Below, piece after piece: positions 13,123 through 25,026 of a DNA stretch of 64,000 nucleotides (positions within the stretch are counted from its first letter, which is position 1; each line of letters begins with the position of its first letter). The DNA lies in contig CM060732.1 of assembly GCA_030704615.1 (NCBI GenBank), positions 45,446,001 to 45,510,000 on the forward strand, written 5' to 3'. The notes beneath the pieces were generated by a model, which was not told the origin of the DNA, searched no databases, and worked only from the letters and a program-made list of their open reading frames with translations. This DNA comes from Takakia lepidozioides (Eukaryota; Plantae; Bryophyta). Made by a program: the position numbers and the translations under genes.

Positions 13123-16100
13123 ATGCCTTCCACCAGCATTTCCATTCCTTGTGTATATCACTGGTCGGGCCCCTATTCGCAACTTCTCTCCGATCAGCAG
13201 CATAGGTCTTCAGTTACAGGTCAAACGCAGAGTGCTTTGTGGAGTAGGAGGGTCCAATCATGCAGCAAGCAAGATTATAGCAGTTGTTCAAGTAGAGTGT
13301 CTCTGTCATTGGCCAGGCTCCATGGTCGAGCCTCCAGACAATCAGGTTCTGTAATTGGTCAGCCATTGCTTCTCTCTCAAAACATATCTTTTCTTAGATG
13401 TAGTGAATTGATAGGTATGCAATTAGGTCAAGGCCTTCACAAGGGCCCTGTAAAACATAGAAGTAGGCTACGACTCCGGTTTGGGGCTAGAGCAGAAAGT
13501 GGCCGCGGTATTGCACCATCATTGAAGATGGCCAAAGGCATCGAGACAGACTCCCTCCTTCCATCAGTACGAGAGAGTACGATGCAAGCAATTGATGACC
13601 TTGGTGGGAGAGTAACAGCTGGTGATGTGGCAGCACGTGGGGGCTTGAAAGTTACCCAAGCAGAGAATGCTTTGCAGGCCCTTGCAGCAGACGCTGGAGG
13701 CTTCTTGGAGGTAAAGTAGCCATCCATTATTCTTCAAATCTATGTACATAATTTCAGTGCTTCTACATCCTCTCTTCTAGGCTGGAGGTGTTCCTGTATG
13801 ATTTAAGCGCTTATTGAGGAAATGGTGAACTACCACATGAACACTATAGTTTGCAACATTGTGTATCCGTTTTTGTGCATGGGAATCTCATTGCTAGCGA
13901 CTGCTTTAACTGATGGGTTGTCAAGGTTGATAGCCTCCTCGGCAAGGGTCAGCTCAATCAGACATCTGGAAATCCAACCCTGATCGCTGCAAAGCGGGAT
14001 TTTGACTTGATATCCTAGCATGTAGATTATCTGTCTGCAGCCTGGCAGGACTGGGGCATTCTGACATGGGCCTCGCCTTCACTAGTAAGGCAGGGCCCCA
14101 TGACTGCTCCAGAGAGTGAGGTGGTGCTTTTAGCCCTGTGCCTGATTTCCCACAGCACGGGGTTACGTACATCACAACATGTATGTTGCCTCTTTTATTT
14201 GTATTCTGGCTCTAACTGGTTGTGTAGCGGTCTTGTGTGGTAACAAAGGATGTTGCTTGGACTAACTTTGGATGGAACTGCAGGTGTCAGATGAAGGAGA
14301 TGTGCTGTATGTTTTACCTAAAGAGTACCGCTCTAACCTTACTTCAAAATCATTGCGACTAAAATTGGAACCCATATTTGACAAGCTCAAGGTAAATTGG
14401 AGCTTTCATAGTTTTCCTTTCCTTCAATCTCGGATGCTGTGTTTTCTAAAACCATTTTATGAAGGAAAAAATGTGTCTGATAGCCCTGTGGCAGCACAGC
14501 ATCATTTGCAGTATTCAGCTTTCAAGTATGCAATGATTTGAGGGTTCCCCGTCTGATGCTTGGAGATGCTACAAAGAATTGATCTTACCTGTGGGCGGGA
14601 GGCTGGGTAGGCCATAGCAGAGTATGCCATACGGGTTTCTTTTGGGACGGCACTGCTGGCGTCCATTGTCATTGTGTACAGTACCATTATTGTTCTGCTC
14701 TCATCAGGCAGAAGGTGTGTATAACACAACCCACCTTCTAGGTCCTGATCTGCGGTTTCCTTCTGCAATCAAAACTTAGAACTGTATGCACATGGCTGTG
14801 ATCTTCTCTGTGCTATGTTGGTTGATCCAACTCATCACCACAGTTACGTGTCATGGTTTCCTGCTCTTAGATGTGTGGATTTCTGTTGTGGTGCCCTGTG
14901 AAGTGGACTTCAGACTTGGGGCTTAATACATCTTGCTGATATATATTTTTTCTTCGCTCCTCCCCCTATCCATGGCTTTTGGATAAAAGAATGGCATGCA
15001 TGTTGACAAGGTCCAAGCCAAAGATGGGCATTACTAAATTGGATTTTCAATGCAGTGATGATGATAATCGGGGCAACCGAGGTGGCTATGGGAACCAGCG
15101 ATATGCAAACTCGGGGTTTAATTTCTATATCAGCCCTTTTGATTTGCTATGGTATTTATCTATGCCAACTCAATAGACCTTCTGTTCAAAATGATGTAAT
15201 TACAAGCAAATGTTCAATAGTCACCACATGACCACACATGTGAGGTGCTGCATGTCAAGCAAGTTAAACTTTCCAGTGATTAGCTCCACAGAGGATTATC
15301 AGCAGTTGATGCCAGATCACTTGTCCATACTTTCGGAACATTAAGGCTTTAGTTCTTGTCACTATCTCTGAACAAAATTCAACAATGTGTAGTTCAACAC
15401 TTGCGGCCCTTCCAATGTTGTGCTAATGGCTCTGTCCCTCAGATTTTTGACTTTTAAAGCGGTATAATCCAGTCAGTTTGCAGCAACATAGGCTCAAGTT
15501 TAGCTTGAGGGTTCTGGTGCAGGTATTGGGATCCATACTATCACCGAAGATCAAGGGCAAAGCGGGGTGGCTTGAATTTCTTTGAATCTGTGAGTTACTT
15601 CTGAAAAGCACGTATTATGAGTTTTTCACACAGGGTGTGTATGGCAGTCGCAGCTGTAAGTCCCTAGTAACAAGCTTAAAGGGTGCTGTTAAAGCCACTA
15701 CCTGTCTACTAGGGCGGAAAGATGTATGTGTACTCTGCATTTTGTCTAGAATATTTTCCGAGTTTTTGCCAAGCTGGTTTACATTGATGTGAGTTGATTT
15801 TCACAGTGGAATTGTCCAGGTCTTCTCTTTTGTGTTTGGTGACGGTGATCCGAACGAAGGGATGGAAGATCTACGATGGAAAGCGGTGAGACTTTTGCCC
15901 ACCTTCACAATCGCTTGGTCCCCGTATAAGAGCGAAAGGCAGCTTTCAGAGGAGGTCACTTTGAAATCCACTCTGGAAGAGCCAGTGATGAGATTTGGAT
16001 TGGAGGATTTTTTAAACCTGTTTAATAAGTCAGTGGGAGAAAAGTATATCTGACTTATGGCTATCAGTAGAAGTGGCCATGAACTTGCAGTGGATGTGAT

Positions 16101-19100
16101 GTCGCGAACTGCAGCCTCTTAGCCTGGGGGAAAGTATGTAGAGTCTTTCAGGCATGCCAGTAAGTTTTACAGTAAGGATCCACTGACACTGGCTGGTTGT
16201 TTGGGGGATTGGAGTGAGGTCCTAGTTGGTAGCACTATCAACCTGTGTGCGGGGTGAGAGACATGGCAAAGATGATGTGAAGTCCTGTATGTGATATATC
16301 ATTGTCACAACTGCCACTGACAATTGTTTATGTCCCTGCATCCTGGATAGGTTTTCATTCTGTTGTCCGTTATGGCTGAGTTCAGATTGGAGACTGCATT
16401 TCCAGTAAAGGAGGTGTGGTTTCAGGGGAGGAGCTTGCTCCCTTTCTGGATGTCCCACCATATAGCGAGGACACCAAGGTATCTGGGCCTTCTCTTTTCT
16501 CTTGTGCTGGAGGATACGTTGTCACGAACGAGCAGTTTGGATCGATGTGTGCCATTTTCTTTACTTGTTTTAGATCATTCTTGTGCTTCACATGCTTTCC
16601 ATGCTTTCCACCATGCCAGTTGCATGTGCCTGTACTTCGTACAGTTGCAGTTCTGGCATTGAAAAATTAGCTTTACGTGGTTCTAAGGTTAAGTACAGTC
16701 TTAAGTTTGGATTTGAAGTATCTACAAGGACTCATGTGAGCTGCTTGCATTTGGTGACTGGTGCTGCAAATGTTCCTCCTACTTGGATCTCTAGATGCCT
16801 CAGTACAATGGAATCTTGTAAATGTTTATTTCTTGAACTTCTAAATCCACTAGTCTTTTCCCTCTGTTTTGTAGGAAGTCTGATGGTACATGCCCCCTGG
16901 TTTTACTACTATCTCTACAGCACCAACAGTTAACGCTGCTTTGGCCCACCCTCTTAGCATTCTTTGAAGTAATTCAAAGTTTTGGGTTACATGAGGCATC
17001 AATGTTGGTGCAGGGATGTATTTTTGACGGGAGTATGTGTGTAATTTGTGCAGACCGATGAGTCATATGTTTTGCCAGTACTTCTGCGATTGGATGGTCA
17101 CCCTGAAGTTGATCAACAGGTAGGTGCTCCATCTCATGTCCTTTCTTGTCATTTTTCCTCTGCACAGTATGGATGACCAACCACATCAATTTTGCTTATC
17201 TTGTCTGCTGCTGCTCGTAGGTCTTCTCACGCTAACACTGCATTCTTGTTCCACCACGCTTTGCATTAGCAGTTGTGCTCCTTTTCTGCCAGTAGTATGA
17301 CTTGGACAAGTTTAGTACGTTTAACAGCTAGGCCCAACAATTCTCAAATGCTGGAGGTAAGATGCAGTAACAGTAAATTTACACTGCAGGAATAGCACTG
17401 GCATCATGGTAATATGGGTTCATAATTGGTGATGCAGGGGAACATTTTGTACCGCTTTCCATCACTGCAGCGCTCAGGAGTGGATTGGCTTGGTCGTAAA
17501 AAGGAAAGTTCTACTGAAGGATTATTCTATTTTGCCGAAAACCGCTGGAATTTCAGGTTACTATGCCTCTGTGATGCTCTTCAATTTTAGAGCCGTCTTA
17601 AGGCTAAGAGTAGCGAAAGGCATGCAACATTTTCATTTACAACAAAGTTAACATTTCATTTTGTTGTCCCCAACCCCCATCACATCGTGCATCTCGAGGG
17701 CAGCAAGGACCCAAGGCTCTTATAGAAACCTCACACATCTCTTGGCTAGTTACCACTCAATTGATTACTCGCTTGGACTGTCCCACCATGTGTCATTAGT
17801 ATGCGTGAGATAGAGTTGGGGGTCTCCTGGAGACTGAACTACCAAGACCAACTCGACCTTGATAAGTTGGAGTTACATCCATTACAGTGACATGTGATGC
17901 AGTCAGGTATGGTCCTGACCAAAGTGTGAGGGGATGTTGGGTCAACAGTAAAGCAAGCAAAGTGGAGCAAGCTTTAGTGATTGGACTCGGCACCTTCAAC
18001 CTGGTGGGAGTCCTTGTTTTGGCTGGCATGCTAAAGTGAGATTTCCCTGCAATCCTGATACGAGTTTCTGCCAAGTGGACACATATTGCACTTCTGTATC
18101 AACTTTTTCCAGATTAGTTGATTGCTGACCACCATGCGAGTTTAGGATTTGTTATCAAGCTTGATTTGTCAAAGCATCCAATATCTAGTTGGAGTATGTT
18201 AGTGGATTGTAATCCAAGACATTGTTCCAACTTACTTTCAAAGCTGACATTCTTTCCTATTTGTGAAGCCTCTTCCTTTCGTGAGAAATCATTGAGAAAC
18301 TGGTATGGCAGTCGTTGATTGTGTCTCTGTCTTGCAGAGATTTCTCCTTGGTCCAACAACTTCGTGGAAGTGGGCTTGTTCCGTTTACAGCCAAAGTCCA
18401 GCCTCTTCTTCAGGTACTGTTAGAAGAGCTCTTGAACAAAAGGGAGCACATGTTGGAAAGTGTTAGCATGTGGACCATGCATGCACTAGCTTGCTAATAT
18501 GCCTGAGACTACTAACACCAGTTTTCTGATTGCAAATGCAGGCATATACAGCAGCCTTTTTTGCTATCCCAGTGTTTCGGTGGTTCGTCCTGCAGCGTAG
18601 GAATGCCGAGATTGACGAGCGGAATCGTGCCCGACTGGGTTGGGTTGCAGCTATGGAGAGAGCAGGCTCGGAACTCCGTCAGAAGGTGCTGGACTCTCAC
18701 CAAGAAAGCAATCTCCTGCATGTACTAAAAACTACATGCATGGTAGAGCATAGCACCCATGCCAGCAAGGAGTCAGATTCTTATGGCTTTATTGGCATGA
18801 CTTTTGGGTGAGGTCTCAGGATGTTCAATTGAACATCTGACTAAGGCCAAGAAACCAGGAGATGTAGTTTGTACTAGAGAGTGCCTCTAAGAGAGTATCT
18901 TGTACTTCAGTTAGGGCTTTACTGTGAGTTGGTGTGTGAAATATGGTTCGTTTCATAGGCTGACTTGGTTTTATGTCTGGGTGGCTCATGTTAATGAAGC
19001 TCAAGAATGCGAGGGATATGGCCAAACGAACCGTCATTGGGAGTGACCGCATCATCTACTCCACACAGAGGGATCTCAACGAACAGGATTATGAGGCCCA

Positions 19101-19134
19101 GGATTGGGAGCAGCGGCTAAGGGAGAGAAAATGA
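13123..19134 (+). CDS. At5g03900-like uncharacterised chloroplast membrane protein, about 13 exons
   Basis: Ser/Arg-rich transit-peptide-like N-terminus, then GRVTAGDVAARGGLKVTQAENALQALAADAGGFLEV/SDEGDVLYV, YWDPYY, FFESVFSFVFGDGDPNEG, GGVVSGEELAPFLD, GNILYRFPSLQR, and C-terminal IIYSTQRDLNEQDYEAQDWEQRLRERK* (TGA 19132-19134). Confidence 0.88.
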
Positions 19135-20292
19135 TTTCTCTGCAAGCTGTATCATGTGTTGTGTAGAATAGGCATTTGAGAGATTTGATAAGTTCACCTT
19201 TTTGTGCATATCAGGATTCTATATATGCCATGTACCCAGAGCATCACTTCAATGATCAATGATCGGGAGAAAAGGAAAATTTGTTTGCATTTGGCATGCA
19301 CTGCTACTATTCACATGTAGATTAACAGCCACTTGCTTTGGCATTGGCATAATTGAGATTATGCAGGCTTGTGCAGCCCTTTACCACACTAAGGGAATAT
19401 TGTAGTTTTCTCTATGGGAGAAGCAGCTCACTAATGCACATTCACAAGGAGACGAGCTCTCACAAGTAGGACTATGTACTTTGGTGGAGTTAACAGTTGA
19501 TATTCTATTTACTCATGCTTGGTTTAGCAAATGTCTCACAATTAGGACTGTACTTCTGTGGAGTTAACAGTTGGTGTTCTGTTTACTCATCCTTTGTTTA
19601 GCAAAAGAATTTCCCGTGTGTGTAAGGTAGTGAAGGTCTTCATCTGGTTAGCAGTGAAGAAGCATACAAGCAATATTATTCTCCAAGGTTACCAGTGTGC
19701 AGACTTCAAAGCATGGGTTTGTCTTTCAACATTTGTTAAAACCGGATATGGTTTTTGACAAATGTTTAAAGAATGGGAGAGATTTCACCATGATTGAGGA
19801 TGTGCTACTGCCTGGATAGATATGTAGCTTCACGAGAGGCCGGTTCACCTTTTAAGGTATTTGCTTTGGATGTAAATCTCACTCCCTGTCATTCTCCCAG
19901 TGTCAAGCTGCACGTCCAGTACTGTTTGATGGTAATGCAGGCCGGAGAGGCAAGATAAATCAACAACCCTTGTGGAAATTGGCCTAATCAAGAGAAGCAG
20001 TCTATCAATCCTACATTATCTCAGAGGTGGTCACCATGTTTCAAGTTTCAACATCACAGTTCTTTGCAACAACCCAGCCAGTTGTGAAAGATGTCTATCT
20101 TGGAATTTATCTCCTTTACCTTTACTAGAAGCTGTGCATTGGAGTTCCAACAACACTGCTATATCATATACTTGAATCAAACGGCAAAGTGAAAATGGTA
20201 CTCTTTGCTGATTACTTATTTGCTTTCTTGCACTTTGCTTGTACAAGTTGCATACAATTTTAACTCAACGTACATATCTGCAGCAACACATT

Positions 20293-21513
20293 CTACTTTT
20301 TCCCAACTCCCCACTCGTCATCCTTTTCCACAGGGTCAGAGCTTTGTAGGAGGGAGGATGCATCTGGCTCTGAGTTTTCATCCACAGACTGCAAAATTTC
20401 ATTTCCATGCTCTTGCTCAAAGCCTTCTGTCATCTTAGCTACAGCATCTGCAGACACTGACTGAGAGACAGTACTGCTAGTATCACCTGATGTGGACTCA
20501 CCACCTCTTGAGATCCCATTTTGAGCATTCACGTTGGAGCTCTCCTGTGACTCAGCCAAGTTCTTCTGTGCATCTTCCACCTTTTTTTGAAACTGATCTA
20601 CCAGCTGGGCGACACCTTCCTGCAATCCCTCGGTCCGCTTTGCTAGTTCTTCCCACCCTTTGGCAGCAATCTCTGCAGCTTTGCTACCAGTCTCCCGTGC
20701 TTCTTCGGCTGCTATGCTGATCCCCTTTAACCGTTTATCGATAGCTTCCCTCGCAGTGTCCATGCCTTGTCTAGCATATCCACCTGATTCAGCCACGCCC
20801 TCTGCTCCCCACTTAAGCCCTTCAATTCCTTCCCGGACACTCTCAGAGATGCCTTCTGTAATCTCTTCAAGGCTTGGGCGCCTGGCATCCATTCCTTCGC
20901 TTAGCCTTTCAGGAACACCCGCAATTATTGCTTCCCTATCTGAAGTCTCTTCAGCTTTCTCCTCAATAACTTGAGTTGTATCCTCAACCGTGAGACCGAG
21001 TATATCTGCAATTCCTCCTTCAGCATCTTTCTTGGCCAGAGCATCGACATCGGATTGATTATCCACAGCAGTATCAGATGCGACGTCCACCACACTGTGG
21101 CGGAGGGATTGGTCCAATGACGCTTCATCTGAGGCCCGATCTGCCTGCGCCTTTAACACTTCAGGCGAACCATTCGTCTTCTGCCGAGCAGTCTCTTGGA
21201 CTTCAAAGGGTCCCTCCACAGCTTGCTCTGAAGCCACTTGCGTCACCTGTTCGTGCAGATTCGAGGGAGAGCCCTCGCCCTTCACCACTGATGTAACGAC
21301 TCGCAACCCACTTCTGCAACTCTGATGATTGGCTGAAAATCCCAAAGACCTGGCCTTCCTGCTCACGTTGTGTCGACTTCTCAAAGTTACCATAGACGTT
21401 GTACAGACTGAAGGAGTGCACACATCAGCAGGAGGGCGAGAAGGAGCTAGGAGCACACTCGTGCAGCCCATCACCTTCGCACTGCAGCTCAGCATTGCTG
21501 CTGCACCCGCCAT
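20293..21513 (-). CDS. Intronless 406-aa putative plastid-targeted hydrophilic, LEA-like/amphipathic coiled-coil protein
   Basis: Uninterrupted ORF with a Ser/Thr/Arg-rich N-terminal ~75 aa, followed by an acidic Ala/Glu/Lys-rich body (AREAIDKRLKGISIAAEEARETGSKAAEIAAKGWEELAKR). A CT microsatellite lies in the 5' leader and ABREs lie upstream. Confidence 0.75.
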   Translation of the reverse strand: MAGAAAMLSCSAKVMGCTSVLLAPSRPPADVCTPSVCTTSMVTLRSRHNVSRKARSLGFSANHQSCRSGLRVVTSVVKGEGSPSNLHEQVTQVASEQAVEGPFEVQETARQKTNGSPEVLKAQADRASDEASLDQSLRHSVVDVASDTAVDNQSDVDALAKKDAEGGIADILGLTVEDTTQVIEEKAEETSDREAIIAGVPERLSEGMDARRPSLEEITEGISESVREGIEGLKWGAEGVAESGGYARQGMDTAREAIDKRLKGISIAAEEARETGSKAAEIAAKGWEELAKRTEGLQEGVAQLVDQFQKKVEDAQKNLAESQESSNVNAQNGISRGGESTSGDTSSTVSQSVSADAVAKMTEGFEQEHGNEILQSVDENSEPDASSLLQSSDPVEKDDEWGVGKK

Positions 21514-21711
21514 CTCTCTCTCTCTCTCTCTCTCCCTCTCTAAACTTCAGAAGTCACTGCCCTGTCAGTAATTAAACTTACAGTCCTACACAAGAAAACC
21601 ACGACCTTTCTCGCGTCTGAAAAGAAGCTGAGAACAACCAACACAACCCACAATCTTCCTATCTCCCTCTACTCACTTCCGCGCTCTCTCTCCCTCTCTC
21701 TCTCTCTCTCT
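21514..21711. repeat. (CT/GA)n microsatellites in the 5' leader/promoter of the LEA-like gene
   Basis: ctctctct runs at ~21514-21541 and ~21685-21711. Confidence 0.85.
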
Positions 21712-21836
21712 GCTCCGATCTCAGAAGCTTGGTCATAAGTTACTCGGATTCTTCATTGCGTCTTGCCATTCCCTTGGGACTCTGGGAAGTTGCCACTTGC
21801 CCTGCCACGAGGCACCATGCGAGCTACTTTACGCTC

Positions 21837-22326
21837 CACGTGTCCATCAGCCACCTGGAGATCCCAAGTTCCCAACAAAATTTTGATTTCTCATAATAAA
21901 TCCCTTTTTCCTTAAAAACATGTAACGACTGAAAAGGGCCGATTTGTACCCTCATAAACTTTCTTTGGGATTGTTAGGAGGGAAGAAAATTAGAACCCTC
22001 TTTTATTTCTGGCGAAATTTCGCACTTTTTCGACCTCAAAAATCAAAATCGAATATTCTGTCGTAAATTCCCTGTTTTCTCATGGATGAAATCGCCAAAA
22101 TTCTCAAAAACAAATATAAATCTTGGATGAATTCGCCTAATATGGATGATATACATGGATGAAAGTACAGAGGAGGATGATTCTGTCCAAATTTCAGTGG
22201 ATGAGCAGAAAATATGGCTATTTCCTGCAAAACTCAGTAGCCAGTCCTGTTCTTTTCAAAATTTGAAAAAAAAAACACTGCTCTGAATACCATAAACGAC
22301 ATTTTGAGGCATTTTGCCTACGTGGC
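21837..22326. promoter_or_regulatory. ABRE/G-box elements upstream of the LEA-like gene
   Basis: CACGTGTC at 21837-21844 and ACGTGGC at 22320-22326, both canonical ABRE cores. Confidence 0.4.
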
Positions 22327-22378
22327 AGCGTTTAATTTGTCCTGGACAGGCCTGTCACCCGCCGTAGCCCACCACCAC

Positions 22379-22533
22379 CTCGGTTACGTCCGGTAGACGG
22401 GGAGGCTTGACCGGCTACCGGGTGTAGCTGGACACCACTTAATCCCTCGACGCTACCGCATCTCGGCAATGCTGGTGTCCGGCTACACCCCGTAGCCGGT
22501 CTCGCCTCCACGGCTACCTAGTCCACAACCGAG
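22379..22533. repeat. GC-rich inverted repeat (about 60-bp arms, 35-nt loop)
   Basis: 22379-22437 (CTCGGTT...GACCGGCTACCGGGTGTAGCTGGACACCA) pairs with 22473-22533 (TGGTGTCCGGCTACACCCCGTAGCCGGTC...AACCGAG). Confidence 0.8.
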
Positions 22534-23087
22534 CTTTTGACGCAATCTGCCTACATGTCAACTCCTGATTGCATCTAAGCAGATACTCAGCCAGCCACCC
22601 TGCATCCGGTATGAATTTTGGATGACGAATTGAGAAACAAAAACAAAAACAAAGGATATCACTGAAAAGCAACATTGTGTTATGTACGGTATTTCACCAT
22701 GACCGGCTTTATTGGTGGCGTGCTATAGCTCGTAGCCAGGCTCGTCCTGGTGGATACCTCATGTTGGTAAGCAGGTACAAGAAAGAGAGAGATGAAGAAT
22801 AGTATTTCTCTAACTTCCAATAGAATCTGAAGGCTGCACCCTCATCCAACCAAGAGCAATTCTCTTAGTTTTTTTTTTTTTTTTTTTTTAAACACCCTGG
22901 CTTGAGCCTTGTGCTTGGCGCTCAGGCGAGGTTACATGGAAAGAGGTTAGTTTTTCCTCACTGTAATCACCTAAGGGGCCTGATCTGTGAGTGGTCATGT
23001 ATCTCTTTCAAGAAAAACAACTAAAGAAAATACTCCTGGCCCTTCCATCGGCCTTTCTCAAGAAAATAAAATAAAATAAAATAAAAC

Positions 23088-23310
23088 TCTTTTTTTCTTT
23101 TATTTGAAAGGGAAACACCTGGGAGGGACCCACAGCTCACAAATGAGAGGAGAAAATAACCTCTTTTACAGGAACCGTGCCAAAAAGAAGTAGGAATGGG
23201 ACACTAGACACTACCAAGAACCAAAGGAGAACAGTATACCACACTAGCAAATTTGACACCATAATCAATTGGATGGCACTCACTGCACTTAACCAACTGA
23301 GCTACTGACT
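23088..23310 (-). mobile_element. tRNA-derived SINE, copy 1
   Basis: Minus strand reads TAGCTCAGTTGG (A box), GAGTGCCAT, GGTGTCAAAT (B box-like), then GAGGTTATTTTCTCCTCTC...TTTGTGAGCTG...CCCAGGTGTTTCC and an A-rich tail. Homologous to 33775-33995. Confidence 0.7.
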
Positions 23311-23859
23311 GTTGATAACACTTTGTTATTAAAAAAAGTACAAAAAAGACTAGGGCTTTGCGTTGCTCCGCACTACTAGCGACGACTTTTGAGAACAATG
23401 ATTCTTTTGATTGAAAATATATACTATGCGAGAAACATTAGGAACAATGCAAAAGTGTAACATAAGCATATGTTCTTATGGTACTTTATCTAGATTTAGG
23501 CAATCTCTTGTCTTCCAATGAGAGGAAATCCAGCTAGGACTGGTCAAACAGGCTTCCAGTAGCCAATTTCTGACTAAATTATTATCGTGGCTGATCCTAA
23601 CTGTTTTAACTGTTCTCTAGTGTAGTGAGTAATTGGCAATTTATGGAAGTTCAAAACTAATGGAAACTTGGTGGTGATCAATGCAAAAGGGCTACATGCC
23701 TTCTGGATAATACCCAACCTTCCCGTATGCTGTCAGGGATCCCTGGTAAGATAATGTATTAAGGGAAAGGCTGATATAAGTGCATTGCCGGAACTTGGCT
23801 CTTCAAAAGTGCTGGCCCATGAACTATGTTGATTGGCAGTAGCATTTAATATACCCAAA

Positions 23860-24150
23860 AGGCTTGAAGCCGGATGGTGTCACCTTGAAGTGTGTCCTCT
23901 CTACATGTAGCCATATGGGCGGATGAAGGCACTCACTACTTCGATTCCATGAGTGGAGATCATGGCGTCACTCCTACAGGAGAACATTTTGGATGCATGG
24001 TGGACCTTCTTGGACGCATTGGGCGATTGGGTCAGGCAGAGGACTTAATTAATAGAATGCCAATTGAACCAGATGCTGGGGTTTGGGGGGCATTGCTTGG
24101 TTCCTGCAGAACTCATGGTAATGCAGAGATAGCAGAACGCGCAGCAAAAT
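23860..24150 (+). pseudogene. PLS-class PPR gene fragment (last repeats plus start of the E domain)
   Basis: KPDGVT...HYFDSMSGDHGVTPTGEHFGCMVDLLGRIGRLGQAEDLINRMPIEPDAGVWGALLGSCRTHGNAEIAERAA. Frameshifted, with no upstream repeats or downstream DYW domain. Confidence 0.85.
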
Positions 24151-24357
24151 GTCGGGCTACCATGACCAATGTCCGACTTTAATACCCAGTTCTTCCACTC
24201 TGTAGTAAAGATGAAAGGCTTACCCAATCAATGTAAATTGTTGTGTACAATTTTACCAATCGACCTAATACCAATACTTATGGTGCTACCCAAATCTGAG
24301 ATATTTTGAAGGCAGCCTAATCACTCTTGGAAGATATATATTGTTCAGGGTGTATGG

Positions 24358-25026
24358 GCCTCTCATTTTTGAATAATTGGGAGTTTAAGGTTCACATGTG
24401 AGCCAAGCAGCGGGCCCATGCACAGATGTCGGGCGTCCCGCGACCACCCGGCGGGTCCGGGTATGCTCAGGTTGGGTCTGCTCAGGGTCTGTTGGCAGGT
24501 CAGGTCTCCTCAGGGTTTGCTGGCAGGTCGGGTCTACTCGCGGGTCTGCTCATTGCGCGGCAGTCCGCCCGCGGAACTTAGGATTTTTTGGGGAAAACTC
24601 GCACATCAAAAGGAGGGTCATTAATACACGTGCAACGCCAGCCGGAACCATCATTAATACACATTTGGCGTAGCCGGAGTCAAACCCACAATCTCGTAGG
24701 TACCACTCAATGCGCCCAACCACCACACTGCTTGCTACTACCCCAACATTTTTTTTATCTCTTAACCTAGAAAACAGCCGCAGTCAGCCCCAATGCCGCC
24801 TAGGGTCACCCTACCTCGCGGCAAACCATACCTCGGGGCAAACCCATCTGGGCTGAGTCTCGCGACAGACCATACCTGGCGGCAGACCCATGCTCGCAGC
24901 AGATCCACCCAGGCCGGGTCATGGATCGCGACAGGGCCACCTAGGGGCGCCCGACGTCCGTGCATGGGGCCCGCTGCCTAGCTCACACATGAGCCTTAAA
25001 CTCTCAATTATTCAACAATGAGAAGT
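24358..25026. mobile_element. Non-autonomous Mutator-type MITE, 669 bp
   Basis: About 85-bp imperfect TIRs (GCCTCTCATTTTTGAATAATTGGGAGTTTAAGG... versus reverse complement ACTTCTCATTGTTGAATAATTGAGAGTTTAAGG...), flanked by the 10-bp direct repeat GGGTGTATGG (24348-24357, 25027-25036). Confidence 0.85.

Noticed and set aside
23235-23310. Functional tRNA gene
   Set aside because: Stems are degenerate and the sequence continues into a SINE body and A tail shared with 33775-33995.
24386-24999. TTAA-flanked piggyBac/Kolobok-like MITE
   Set aside because: The inverted repeat extends about 28 bp beyond the TTAA sites to a 10-bp TSD, so TTAA is internal to the TIR.
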